The notes: a model not told the origin generated them from the sequence alone. A stretch of 64,000 nucleotides of DNA from Calcarisporiella thermophila CBS 279.70 (GCF_041956535.1 NW_027192212.1:202970-266969), one strand, 5' to 3'. Shown: positions 38,534 to 51,905, counted from the first letter of the stretch. Numbers and translations: made by a program.

Positions 38534-41500
38534 AGTCGATTTAGCTGATGGGTGAATAAAGTCCGAGAGTATGGAGAGGGGAGGGCGATTTTGAAGTGCC
38601 TATAGAAAAAAAAGAGAGATGCTCGCTAGGGTTGATGGGGGAAGAGCAAATCAGGAATAAATCATGATGTTAGTGTGGGATTACACAAGTGGGTGCAATA
38701 ATAAAAGCGTGCACGGCCTACCCTTCAATCGATAATGAGTTGTATATACAAACAGGGATAAAGAGCCGGCAGGTAGAGAAAACAAAAACGGATGTAAGGA
38801 AAGAAAATAAATAGGATTGGCCCTAATGCCTCCGAATTTTCGAATGGTTGTTTAATCAATGGGCACTGAAGATGAATTCGAAGTAATAGGAGGTCGAGCG
38901 TCAAATAAAGCTGAAGAAATTGCTAAAAATATACACCTGCACGGCTATTGGTTTTAATTTATAGGTAATCTCGAATCCACTAAAATGCGTTGAAACAACG
39001 GTCGGCCATAGCAAGTGAGGCAATCCATCCCAAGAGCATCTCCCTTGCCATTCTCGGGCGATGGCTGTAGCTCTCTTTCCATTCCTGCTTTACGAGTTCT
39101 CCATTCCTCCCATCATCCCCATTGCCCATTCCCCCTCCTCCAACTTCCATATCCCTGCATCGCATTTCTTAATTTGGCTGCAAGAAATAAATAGAAAATG
39201 AGGCGAAGTGTTTGAAACATTTAGGGAAACTTAGTTTATTACTTTTAGAATCCCTCTTGGCTTGAAAACAACATATCGGTCGAATCGAGGTCTAAAAGTG
39301 CTTGATTCAAGTGCCAGTCTGAGAGATAAACATCCCATGTGTATAGTCGACTTAACCATGGTGGGAGCTAACTGCTCCTCGCCATCGGCTGCCTATTGTA
39401 GCAGGCTGGTTGCTACGATCAAGTTGCCTTCACGCACGGTTTTTCCGATTAACACTCGATGTTTGTGAAAAGATACCCGAAGCAGACCCCATGCAATCAA
39501 GTTTATTTTATTATGCTTTCCTTGGATGCACCGGGATATTATGTATATATAAAATAGCTTCTCTGCATTAAGATGGCCATCTTTTGTTTGAAGCGGCCGG
39601 TATTCTTTACAATGGATCACGTTTTATTGTAGGTTGATAAAAAAGAACAAAGTCTCTTCTTTCATATCATGGACCCCCAACACTGGTAGCGACGAAAAAT
39701 ATGGGATTCTTCCAGCCTCCTCAAACCACAAAGCCAATCGATCCACCCCAGAGCCAACAAAGCGGACGCAATCAAAGACCAAGGCCTGCATGATGCGCAA
39801 GTGCGTAAATCTTTCGCCGTATCATCAACAGAAGTGCTCGATTCATGCGGGATTCCATAGGCCGAGTTCTCAGACTGGAGGACTTGTCCACCCCTTTACA
39901 ATATTAAGAGTGATCAACCGAGTCGGTTGCTACGATCCGCACCACATTGCAAAGGATAGTGCTAGGAATTTCCCTGCCCATACCACGAGTACAGCGTGCT
40001 CGTCATGTCTGGAAATTCTCTACACAACTTCGAGTCATTATCACATTAATCCAGATAATTTGATAATGGGTCCCCATTAGGATGGCCGCAATGCGAAAGT
40101 ACGCTGCTCAATATCGCTGAAACACCCCAATGCGAAAGCAATAAGAACGAGTAGCTCATATATAGGCCCATCTCGGAAGCAAATATGCAATTCCAGAACT
40201 GAAGAGCACCCTCCTGTCAGACTTCGTTGGTCTTATTGTGAAACTCTGCATCATCATCACGGAAGATGGATGTTGTGGGGCCATTTGGCAGGCAACCGAG
40301 CTATCCTCAATCCAGGTTCAGTGGAATAGCACTGGACCGAAGGAGTTCGCAGAGGCCAAGAGGAAAGCCCAAATTTTTCGTCTATACCAATGTAAAGAGC
40401 AAACGATATTGAGTAGAAAGAAGAGACAACCTTAATACAATGTAGGGAAATTGAGTATTTATATATGGGGAGAAAATCGGGATAATTAGAGAAAATAAAT
40501 TCCGCTCGTTCGGAGATTACGCGGCCATTTCAGCAATGCATCAGGAACGGGTGAAGAGGTGCGTTTTGCAGTGATAAGGAATGCTTCTAATACCGCTCGC
40601 CACGGCCAAAAGCAAATCCTAGCTTCTTGCTTAATCCTGAAAGCGCACAATCATTCTTCATGCCTCGCCATACAGGCCACTTACCCCACTTCGTTCCAGC
40701 ATTTAGATTATGAGCTTTCATTTAATATCCTGATAAATTGCATGGTGGCTGAAGAGCCAATGTTATGCCAATTAGAATTAAATATCTATCATGCTTCATT
40801 GCTACTTAATACTCCCTTTCCCCGATAACCCATCCAATACGAGCCTTCTCCCTCACCGAATTCCCCGCGAAAAATCTGCATCTCTCTTCACTGTCCGTGA
40901 AACCAGATTGCTGAAGCGCCAGCCCGGATTTCCCTCCATGCATCTTGCTTTTCCTAACCCCCATCTCACCCTTCATTCCCCTGTAGAAGCCAATATTACA
41001 TTTTTAGAATGCGAAACTTTTGGGGACTTTGGGGCAATACGAAGCTATAAGCGTTCGTGGGGGGGATGTAGAATTCCGATTCCTCGGATGGACTACTAGA
41101 ATGATGGCAATACAAGAGGAGATCGAGAATGCTTAGGGGGAAACTCTGGGCACTCCTCGTTCCCCTTGATGGACCTTGGCTCTGCTTATGGACTAGCGGT
41201 ACCTTGAAGTCTCTGCAGGCGAAACAAGCATATTCCGGGTAAACAGTACTTGGATGAGGTGCAGGGGACGAAAGGTGGGGGAGGGAGGCTTGAAAACTCA
41301 CCGCTAAATTCATAAGGGCGAGAGCCCACGCTATTCTCGAAATAGCTAAACTAGCATAGAGTTTAACCCGAATGTTTGAGCATCTAGAAATGCGCTTCTC
41401 AAAATCTAAGTTTGGCCACGTCAAATGCCGATGAACCAGCCCCCCATCCATATGGCGAAAATCGCGATCGGCCCAAAAAGGAAACTGGGATGGATGTCCC

Positions 41501-42557
41501 ATTTCCTCTGAAACACAATATGTTTGAGATAACATAATTCCCTTTCCGAGCTCTTAAATCTAGCCAAATGCTCAGGCTCTCTCCTACACCTGAAGCCTTG
41601 ATCTTGTGCCGATTGGTTCGCGGCCTGAGGTTTGGGCCACCCTCGCTCTTCCAGAGAGAAGGGAAACCACACCGGCCCAGCATTGGGGGGCGAGAAGGCG
41701 AGAAGGTGGAGGAGGGGGGAGGGAGGGGGCGTGACCACCGTTTCGCATGGTGATATTTATGGAACTCGGCACTAGTCCAGGCTCTCTCGCCGTCTCCCTA
41801 ACTTTTGAGGGTGAGGATGGCGGATCCCCAGAGATCACACTCCTCTTATACGGCGTCTGTAGGCGCCTCTCTCGAGGCGCGGTCTCCTCTAGCAGGACAA
41901 GGCCCTCGATCGCCCCCCACACACAAGCACCACCATCGCTACCTGAATCCCCGATCCAAGTAGATTAAGCCGGATGATTCACTCGGATAGGTTTGAGCGC
42001 TTATTATTTCCACACCGATTCTAGGTCAAACACTAGTGCTTCCTTGCGCATCGCTTCTGAGAGGAGCGAGCTAAAACCTACGAAACGGAGGACGGTTCGA
42101 AAAAACAAGGCCGCACTCTGGGCCATTTCCCCCCCCCCCCCCCGTGTCGAGCTCAAGACAGATCCGAGCGCGGCTATTTAAACCCCTCGCCTTGGGTATG
42201 GTGTGCGTGTCGATTGTAATCCTTGCTCCTCCCTCTAATCAGGGCAGCTCAAATCTTCCCAATCGATTGATCCCTATCTTCCCAGTTTGGGCTATCGCTC
42301 TATTTTAGAAATCTCTAATATTGGCCGCGTGATATCCACTCAAATTGCTTCGCTCGGTGTTTGATAGGCCCATTCTCATTAATTCCATACTGTACCTCGC
42401 TTTTCTAAATTCATTCTTCTATTCCCTGTTTCTATTTTTTTTCTTCTTGCCCCTTCTTTTTTTTTTTCCATTCATATATGACATAGAGTCAATAGTAGGC
42501 GGCATTATAGCATTCATAGTTTTTCCATTCCTTCTCTTTTTTTTTTCTGTTGGTACA

Positions 42558-44199
42558 ATGCAACTCACAGCCGTCATTCCCTCCCAAGCCCCTAAGGCCA
42601 CCTCTCGCCTATGCTCTCGCTGCAATGCTAAGCTCTCCCGCCTATTAAAGCATTCGCCCGTCCCTCAGCCGCACACCCTCCTCTGTTCCCAGTGTCGTGT
42701 GCAGTGGTCTTCCTTTCCGTCGCCGTCCCCGTCGTCACCCGTGGTGATTCACCATACCCTCTCCAACAGCACTATCTCCTTCGACTCCCCCACCTTCACC
42801 CCCCTCCTGCGGCGGGACGTCTTTTTGTCGCCTCCGCCCGCGATGCCAAATATGGTGCACCTTGCCGTGACGCCGCCCCTCTCCCCGTGCGAGGCACTGA
42901 GCGAGGGGCTGTTCGAGGATTTGGAGGACGTGCTTGTGGAGGAGGAACCCGCCCTTCCGGAGAAGGGGAAGCCGATAGGATTGGGGATTGCGTGTAAAGA
43001 CGGAGGGCTGGCGACGCCGGAGAGAGAGTATGACTTTGAATCGGTAGGGTTGCTGGACAATCCCACGAACAAAAGGAGAAAGCTGTCGTTCTCCGAACTG
43101 ATGTTTGGAGAAGACGCTGGGTGGATAACGCCCCCGGTTTCAGCGACGTGGAGTGTGATGGGGAATGAGGATATCGAAGAAGAAGAGGAGGACGACGACG
43201 ACGACGATGACGAAGAAGAAGAGGACGAAGCCGAAGTTGAGGATGAGGATGAGGACGAGGAGGAAGAGGACGACATCTTTGGCACACACACATTACCCAA
43301 CGCGATGGCAGCCAGTGCATCCAGCAATGCGACTCGTGCCGCAGCAACAAGTCCCAGTGGCGAACCGCCTTGTCCCATGGACTACTCCGCGGAAAATCGC
43401 ACTCCGGAGAGCCAGGGCGAGATGACGGACCAAGCGCGATCCTCGCCGCCGAAGAAGAAGGGCTACACCCCTCGTAAGCGTCGGCTGTCTCAACTTACCC
43501 CTGCCCCCCCTCCTGCCTCTAGTGCCTCTAGTGCCACCAGTATACCTGATGCTTTGCAGTCCCATGGTGAGACCTGCGCCCCTCGCCCCACGCGCTCCCC
43601 CACGCTGTTCCAACAGCTCACCCGCTCTTCCATCGATTGGTGTCGCTACTGTGGTACCACGGAGGGCGTGAACTGGCGCCCCGGCCCATGGGGGAAACGC
43701 TCTCTCTGCAACAAGCACGGATGCGACTACAAGGGCTACGGGTTTGCGTGCAAGTTCCCCCGACTGGACCTGCGGGCCTTTGAGCACGAGAGCGTGGAGG
43801 AGCGGGAGCGGCCGGTGCTCCAGCTCTACTGTGCCGAGTGCCAGCAGACGGAATCGTGGAAGGGGAACGTGCTGGTGCGATGTGAGGGATGTCCCAAGGC
43901 CTACCACCAGAAGTGCAGGAAAGGACTAAGCGACGAGCTCGTGCAGAGCCAAGACGTGTGGTTCTGTTCCGATGGCTGCAAGGACAATCTTCGCAAGAAG
44001 CGTGTTGGTAAGTGTGTTCTTTCGGATGGAAAAAGCGAGCGTTGACTCATTTTCCCTCTCTCCAACGATAGTGGTGGAATATCCTCGTAAACGGCTGCCT
44101 CTGATGAACTCGTCCAAGGGGCCCGCCTCTCCCATACCAGCCGCGGCCACCTCCCGTTCCCGGGCACGGGCGGGAAGCGGAGCTGGGCGTGGCCGCTAA
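42558..44199 (+). CDS. GATA-like zinc finger plus PHD finger protein; intron 44008-44071
   Basis: CRYCGTTEGVNWRPGPWGKRSLCNKHGC (GATA-like), followed by CAEC...LVRCEGCPKAYHQKC...WFCSDGC (PHD); acidic tract. ATG 42558 chosen because the upstream part of the track ORF is T-rich leader. Confidence 0.85.
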
Positions 44200-44555
44200 G
44201 TCCGCCTCTATACATCCATACTATACATCCATGCTATACATTACATTATACATATTTTTATATACATACATAAATGTTCAAGGTTGTATTACTACTAGGC
44301 TTGTGAATTAGGGTTCCTCTTCATCTTACGTATTTTTATATAATATATATATATATCGGTTCTATATACATATGGATTTTTTTTTTAAAAGAGAAAAAGA
44401 GCATTAGATATCTTTTCTTTAGGGTAAAATCTATGGCGTTGTGTTATTTTTTTTTTCAGCTTTTGGTTGGTAAGAAGGGTATCTAGTTTAGAAATAAACT
44501 ACACGGTTATTAAGGCACCTCAGTACAGAGATAGTTCACAACAAAGAATAGAAAG

Positions 44556-45777
44556 TCAAGGGTAATGCGGAGGGTGGCCGGCTCTCGTCCTCGCCGGATA
44601 CGCTCCCTCCAATCCCGCCCCCATGGCCGGGCCCGTCCCCCTATAGCTTCCCATCTCCCCGGCCACGTTGGGCCATGCCGCGCCATATCCCACCATGGCG
44701 TGCTGCGGCACCATCATCCCTCTCATTCCGTGGAATTCGCCTACCGTGCCGCCAGGCATCCCGCCGCCATCCATTCTATTGGCGAACCCGTTGGGGTGTC
44801 CACCATGGCTGTACAGCTGATGCGCGTACCCCTCGATGGGATAGGCACCTCGATACGTGTATGGGGCGGTGGGGAGGGACGGGTAGATGGGATAAGGTGA
44901 GGGCTGGGGTACGGCGACGGCACCGTGCGAACTAATTTGCAAGAAGATTAAGCTTAGGTAAGCATTCTGAAGTGGCCAGGGAAAATAACACAATAGGAGG
45001 GAGGGATAGCCTACGCTGCATTGTAAAAACGAGGGAAAGAATTCACGGCTGAATTGAATATGCCGTTGGTCGAGAGGCCGTGCATCGCGGCCAGGGCCAG
45101 GGCATCAGGGGACTCCGGGCTAGCGATCCATCAAAAGCCAAAGGGGTTATGGAAGGCACACTCTCGGATCAGATCCGAGCTTCACAATAACAAGAACAAA
45201 CCCACACCTCACGCTGTGCACGACCGCAGGCCCGAAGTGCGGTGCCGCTGTGCTTGGCGAGTTGAACAGCATATCGAAGATGCCGTTGGTCGAATATCCG
45301 GTGCCGAACCAGCCGTGCTGTTGAGGGGGCAGCGGCAGCGCGATGGGCGGGCTCCCGCTTTGCGGGTGGAGGGCTAAGGGGGTGTGCGTGTAGGGCAGAG
45401 GGAAGCCGTTCTTGGAAGTGAGGACGGGGGTTTTGGCCGACATAGCTACAGGAGGAAAAGAGGCCATCAGAATAGCGATCCATCAAGCTTTGTCGAAAGA
45501 GGCCAACCCGTGGAAGCCGCGCCAGCAGCGGCTGCTGCCGGTGCTGCTGCCGCCGTTGTTCCGCCGGGGTCTCCATCCCCCTTTGCGGAGGAGGAGGCCT
45601 CTCCTCCCTCGCATTGTGAGGCTGCAGGCTTAGTAGTCGCCGTCGGCCCTTGGAATAATGGAAGAGGGGCATTTACAAAGGGCTTTTATTTAGAGACAAA
45701 TGGGATGTGGGAGATTCACCAGGGTAGAAGTAGGGTCCCCCTTGGTAGGCAAAGGGGAGGAATCCGTAATGGTTCAT
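44556..45777 (-). CDS. Hypothetical G/P/Y/A-rich low-complexity protein; 5 exons (approx. 45777-45720, 45648-45509, 45446-45209, 45119-45015, 44931-44556)
   Basis: Four GT-AG introns give one continuous frame from MNHYGFLPFAYQGGPYFYP to ...HPPHYP-stop, with GC3-rich codons; no recognisable domain. Confidence 0.65.
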
Positions 45778-46539
45778 GGTAGTAATCTGCCAAGCTGCCA
45801 AAAGCTCATTATGGCCGGTGCTTGTCGTGCGGGTCGATTTTGACAACCAAATAGAGTTTTTGGGGGGAGGACGGGGAGGCCTCGGTGGCAAGTCACAGGG
45901 TGTGCGGGTGGAACTGGGACGAGGGCGAGCATGCATTGAGTCGTGGCGATTCTCGCGGCCGCCATCCGCCAAGCGCGATGGAATGGCCGTTGGCGGTGGG
46001 CGCGCAAGCAGACCACTCAGGGCGCGCCAGGAAAGCGCGCTCGCCTTCTCCGAATATTCTTTCCTTCCATGGCCAAGGCATGGAGAGGCCCGCGCATAGG
46101 GGCACGAATCGAGGGCGGGAAAGCCCTAGCAGGCCTGAGTCGACGTCGAGGATTTAGGCTGAACCTACCCGGTGACCGGCGAGCAGTGGGCAGAGGACTT
46201 CCAATCGCGGGGGATCGGGCGTACAATGATGGAATCACGCTTTGCTGGTGCAATAGCCTCTGCGGCTTGCCGCGAGCGTGTTTTGCTCACGTTCCTAACC
46301 AGCGCTTAATTAATTGCTGGTTATGGTAGGACAGGTGGAGATGCGCAATTCTTCCGCAGAGAAGGGCCGATCTGCTTCCCAACCTAACCCCCGTCCGGCT
46401 AACCTAACTCTGAACCTATGGAAATTTCTTTTCTTTTCTTAAGAGGCCTCTACCGCCCTCCTTTTTTCCTGCTCACCATTTCTCCCCCGTTTTCTCTTCT
46501 CTCTCCCCCGCTTCATCTCCTGCACCTGGACAATCAATC

Positions 46540-47504
46540 ATGGGCAAAGCGCAGAGTAAACTGACACCGGAGCAGCTGGGCGAGCTCCAAAAATGCACCT
46601 ACTGTAAGTCGCTTCCCATCCCAAGGGATGATTCTTCGCCAGTGAGGCGCGCCTTGCCTTGGGCTTGACCCCCTCCATGATCCCCTTGCTAAACCCATTC
46701 TTTTTCTTATTTCGCGGCCCTGCTGCCTTCCGTGTAGTCGACAAGAAGGAGCTCCAGCAATGGTATTGTGATTTTTTTTTTTTCCGAATCTTTCCTCTTT
46801 GAGAATAGGTTCTTAATCGTACAACCCTATTTTTGGCGCCAGGTATAAGGGCTTCCTCAAGGACTGCCCGTCTGGCCAGCTCGACAAAGCCGAGTTCCAG
46901 AATATCTACAAGCAGTTTTTCCCGTTCGGCGACCCCTCCAAGTTTGCCGAGTACGTGTTCGATGTGTTTGACGAAAACAAGAACGGAACAATCGACTTCA
47001 AGGAGTTCATTTGCGCATTGTCGGTGACGTCAAGAGGAAAACTCGAGGAGAAGCTGCTGTGTAAGTACCTCCATCTCTCCGGAGGCGCGGATCAGAATGG
47101 AATTCCTCTCTTCGCCACATACATCTAGTGGAACTGGGCCGCGTTAACCCGCTCTTCTCTCTGCTGCTCTAGGGGCATTCCAGCTCTACGACATAGACAA
47201 CGACGGGTATATCACTCAGGATGAGATGCTGAAGATCGTGGATGCCATTTACAAGATGGTGGGGAGCATGGTGAAGCTGCCGGACGACGAGGACACACCC
47301 GAGAAACGCGTGAAAAAGATCTTTAACCTGATGGATACAGTGAGTGATTCACCTCTGCCTCTGGGTTCTGCTTTCTCTGATCGCCTTGTTTTTGTTCCTC
47401 GATAGAATCATGACGGGAAGCTCAGCCTCGAGGAGTTCAAGGAGGGCTCGAAGCAAGACCCGAGCATCGTGCAGGCGCTGAGTCTGTACGATGGACTAGT
47501 ATAA
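46540..47504 (+). CDS. FRQ1: Frequenin / neuronal calcium sensor-1 (myristoylated EF-hand protein); 5 exons
   Basis: Manual splice: MGKAQSKL...[20 protein letters not shown]...[31 protein letters not shown]...[15 protein letters not shown]...DEDTPEKRV...[15 protein letters not shown]. Not in the ORF track. Confidence 0.96.
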
Positions 47505-48749
47505 GGAGGGCTTGTTCTCGCCAGCGTAGAAAGCCGTTCCTTGTTCTTAATTGAAAAGCGTTGTAAAAATCTTAACCAGTCTTTGAGCGATTGCTTCTTT
47601 TTTTTTGTAATATTTATTATTGGATTGATTGCTTACAAACCTGTTTTAGTTGGAGTCCCACTAAAGGAGTTTTAGCTGATTTTTTTTTATTCATTGTTTG
47701 GACAAGAAAAGCATCTCTGGAAAATAATTTCCATGCAGAGAATGGAAAGTGTCAGCTTTATGATATAAGATGGATTTCAGATGTGGAGGCGCTATCCCCC
47801 CCTCCCCCAAGCTCGCAAACTAAGGGCACAATGGGCCGCGAGCAAGCGTTACATCAATTAATATCGATGCAAAACACTATTTGATGCTTCGGGTTTAACA
47901 CTGGAAGATGAGGGTGAACCGGAAGCCTGGAGAGCGACCTTGTTGTTTGAGACCGTGATACAAGCGCGTGCCACTGGTAGTCTATACAGGGCGAGGAGGA
48001 GCAAAACTGGAGGTTGGGAAAAACTAGGCCGATTTCAAAACTGTGTCACTCTTCTAAAATTGATATGGATAAGTTGGAGCGCTGCAAGGGAACGAAGACC
48101 CAAGAGGAAGGAGAGAGAAGACAAGAGGAGAGGGGAGGCCAGGAACAGCTGCGCTGGAGCCTTCAATCCATAGCGAACCTTGGAGACTGGAAGGAGATGA
48201 GCCGATACTGCGGACGCTCCAAGGGGATGCCGCAGCCATGCTGCTAGTGTTCAGATGCCAGCGGCGGGGGCTTCGCTTGCCCAACGCCCAGCCGTATCTG
48301 GTTGGGGGGAGGGAGGGGGAGTGCGTGCGTCATCTCGCATTTGTCTGTTTGTATTATGCTGCCCAAGCACGCAAATCGACATTTATAACGCCCGAAGCGA
48401 TAAGCAAGGGGGGCAACGATTCGGCAGCAGAGGAGCCAAGAAGGGCACAATCGGATTATCTTTTCCATGGACACTACGCTCTATGGAAACTACTTCGGCG
48501 AGGATTCCAGCGGGGAGAGATTTGTCAACACGACGAATCTCTCCGGCCCGGCAAAAAGATTTCTCACCAGAGTGTCCATAATCGTGAATTTGAAAGTCAG
48601 AGACTGTCGAAAGTTAAAGCTTTGGTATTTATTCAAAAAAGTGAAGAAACCCATTTTGATTATTTCTCCCGGTTTCTTCTCTCTTTTTCCCTGCATCGAC
48701 CCAAGATCGACAAACGCTGCCCAGAGTGTGACACTTCATCTACAATCTC

Positions 48750-51700
48750 ATGCCAAACGAATTAAAACGGCAGAGAGCAAGCCGGGCTTGCGATGGTGGG
48801 TTCTGAAATTGATCTCTTTGTTTCTGCAGTGTTCTCCGGAGGGAGCCCATTCATGTTGACATTCATTTGCCTACTCTACTTGCCATTCCTTAGGCTGCCG
48901 CCGGAAAAAGGTCAAGTGCGATGGCGGCACCCCCATTTGCGCCAACTGCGAGCTTGGCGGCATCACGTGCACCTACATGGACATTACAAAGAAACGCGGC
49001 CCGCCCAAAGGCTACCTAGAGGCGATTGAGAACCGACTGCAACGGATTGCGGAGATGATCGGCAGAATGTCCGACTCGGCTCCCAGCCATGGCCAGGCGT
49101 CCGATCCAAGGCTACAGTCCCTGCTCGAAGAGCTGGGGAAACCTCTGCAAACCCCAGGGGGCGAGCAGATTTCAGTACGATACATGCGGAGAAATCAGGG
49201 GACGCTGGGGGCGTCCGAGGCTGGGGCTGGCTCTCAGTCAAGGGATGTGGGCGATGCATCGCCCACCCCTGATCGCTCATTGTCGACCACCAGCCAGACC
49301 GAGGAGTCCTCGGCAACCGCCAAGCAGCAACCCGACGACTCGGGGGAGGCGGACAATGCCGTCGGCCAACTGGTGCTCGAGGACAGTGGGCAGATGCGAT
49401 ACATAGGCAAGAGCTCGGGCTTCTATCTGCTGCAGAATCTGCCCACCTTCCAGAACGGCACCTTCCACAGTCGCACACGCTACACCGCCCGCCCCTCCGA
49501 AAACGAGCCCAACAAAATCCACTTCACGCCCAGCGGCCTCAGCGAGCCGCTGCCGATCGACGCCCTGGGTCTCCCGCCGGAGGATCTGTCGCGCAAGCTG
49601 TTCCAGCTCTACCTCAACCACGTGCACGCCTGCTTCCCCGTGATCCATATCCCCAGTCTGCAGCGTGCCATGAACGGCGAGTCCTCGGAGCAGCCCTCGC
49701 ACATCCTGCTGAACGCCATGTACGCCATTGCCTCCCGATACACGGACGACCCCCGCGTGCGCTCTAACCCCGAGGTGGGCGAAACGGCGGGCGAGCTGTT
49801 CTTCTTGCGCGCCAAACTTTTGCTGGATAGCGATTACGACATGTCGCGGCTGTCGACCGTGCAAGCGCTCCTCCTCTTGGCCTTCTATGAGGACGGCGGA
49901 AATCGTTGCAGCCGGGCTTGGTTATATGGCGGAATGGTAATGTTGCCCCCTCCTCCGGTTGTTGTAGTTGATGTGATGAACCAGGCGCCCCTAATAGGAA
50001 TTTCCTCCCCCCCCCCTCCCCTCCCTCTCTCTCTCTTTCCCTCTCTTTTCTCCCACTATTGTATGTTACGCAATGTAGGCGCTTCGGATGGCCTATGACC
50101 TTGGCATCTACCGTAACTGTACCAGCTGGAACGTCTCGGTGGAGGAGAAGGAGATCCGTCGACGCGTCTTCTGGTGCTGCTTTGTGATGGACCAGTACAT
50201 GAGTGCGCAGTTCGGCCATCCCCCATTCATTGGCGTGCACGATTTCGACGTCCCGCTGCCGCTCGAGGACAAGGAGGAGGGCCGGATCATCGGCGACTTC
50301 AACTATGTGGTGACGCTGAGCCAGATCCTCAGCAAAGTGTTGCACAGCATCTACTCGCTGGACGCAATACGCAACGGCGCCTTGTCCCACAACCCGAGCA
50401 CCCTGATCTCCTCGCTGCATAACTCGCTGGTGTCCTGGTATCGCGCGCTGCCCCCCCACCTGCAGTTCCGTGTGGATGCACCCGTGGAGGAAAAGATCTG
50501 CCCGCCCGTCCCCCTGCTCCACCTGCTGTACCACACGATCGTGATCCTGCTGCATCGGCCATTCATCCCCGGCCCCAACCAGCTCGTCTCCCCCTCGTCC
50601 TACCCATCGCTCAAGATATGCAGCGAGGCCGCCAACGCCATCGTCGACATCGCCAACGTGCTGAGCGACGCGGACATCCTGCGTTTCCTCTTTCCGATCG
50701 GATGCTACTGTCTGTTTACGGCGGGCGTGATCCACATCACCAATGCCACCGCGACGGATGCGGCCGTGGCGGCCCAGGCCAAGATGGATGCCGCCAAGGT
50801 GATCAAGGCGTGCGCTGTGCTGAAATCCACCTGGGCGGCTGCCCGCCGGTCGCACAACATCCTCGGATCGCTGGTGGGGATCTACGAGCTGAAGGTGGAC
50901 GTGCTGGGCTTTGTACAAGAGGTGAGGAAGAAAAGCCCCCCGCTTCCGCACTCCAACGCGGCGACGCCCCATGCTTCGGCCGCCTTCCCCGCTGCTTCCG
51001 AACTCTCCCCCGCCTCCTCCTCCTCCTCTACCTCCTTGGCCCACGCCCGGCCCGGCGACTTTGCCCCGGTAGGGGGTGTGATCAACTCCTCGCAGACCTC
51101 CTCGCCCTCGCTGCAGGAGATCGCGTGGGGAGCCGCCGTGTCCACCGACTCGACCCACTCCCCGAAGGCGCGCATGTGTGTTGCCCCGGTCACGCCCCTC
51201 CTCCCCCCGCCCATGCACTTGGGCGGAAATGGCGGCCTCGCCTCCATCACGCCGAACGGAATGCACCCTGGCCATGGATACGAGGGAGCCAGGGGGATCA
51301 TGCACCCCTCGTCCACCCCCGCGAGTCCGATGCCTTGGGAGGGGTCCTTCTCTCGCGGGCTCCGAACCCGAGACTTGGCATCCGAAGGGCAGCCCATGAG
51401 GGCCGAGGAGAGACGACCGCAGCCCGTGGTCAATGGTGCTCCGCCCAATATAACCAACATCCCTATTCCCTCCAGCGCTATCAATATGATTCCCCGACAG
51501 CCAATGGCCTCCAGCTTCAACCCCCTTGCCTCAGCATTTCTTGGCGTCCCTGTGAGCCTTAACCAAGAGGAATGGGACACCTACCTTGCACAGCTGCATC
51601 AGCAACAACAGCACCAACAGCACCAACAGCACCAACAGCACCAACAGCGGCAGCACCACCACCAGCACCAGCACCAGCCTCAGCATCAGCACCAGAGCCC

Positions 51701-51905
51701 CCAACAACCGCAACAACAGCAACAGCAGCAGCAGCAGCAGCAGCCATACGGCCGATTACCACCGTCGCCGGGCCAGCTGGATCCAATGAGAGGCCAGGCT
51801 TCCTACTACAATCGAGCTGTAGGGTCCGGTGAGGGAGGCGGCGGGTTTGGGCAACCGCTTTCGATGGCGAGGATGGTGGACTCCGAACAATTTGCGAGCT
51901 CTTGA
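48750..51905 (+). CDS. Zn(II)2Cys6 fungal transcription factor with fungal-specific middle homology domain; exons 48750-48795, 48894-49936, 50079-51905
   Basis: KRQRASRACD|GCRRKKVKCDGGTPICANCELGGITCTY...KKRGPPKGY; YIGKSSG, LSTVQALLLL, AW...GMALRMAYDLG, EIRRRVFW.CFVMD motifs; poly-Q/H tail. Confidence 0.94.
51590..51743. repeat. CAG/CAA/CAC repeat encoding poly-Q/H
   Basis: (cagcaccaa)n and (cag)n units in the Zn2Cys6 factor C-terminus. Confidence 0.9.

Noticed and set aside
42345-42557. Apparent N-terminal transmembrane segments on the GATA-PHD ORF
   Set aside because: Non-ATG start and a poly-pyrimidine leader; most likely 5'UTR.
46381-46410. AACCTAA/CTAACC telomere-like or telobox-like motifs (also near 4704, 9284, 13175)
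   Set aside because: No tandem array, and the count is about what chance gives for a 7-mer in 64 kb.
46620-46663. Short hairpin (CCCAAGG...CCTTGGG) in FRQ1 intron 1 as a possible snoRNA
   Set aside because: No canonical C/D or H/ACA boxes; a 7-bp stem alone is not significant.
49764-51305. Long antisense ORFs (513 aa here; also 5661-6767, 6949-7992, 32807-33988, 36463-37329, 2036-2878, 57556-58293)
   Set aside because: They are shadows of GC3-rich sense genes, where stop codons are depleted on the opposite strand; no domain motifs.
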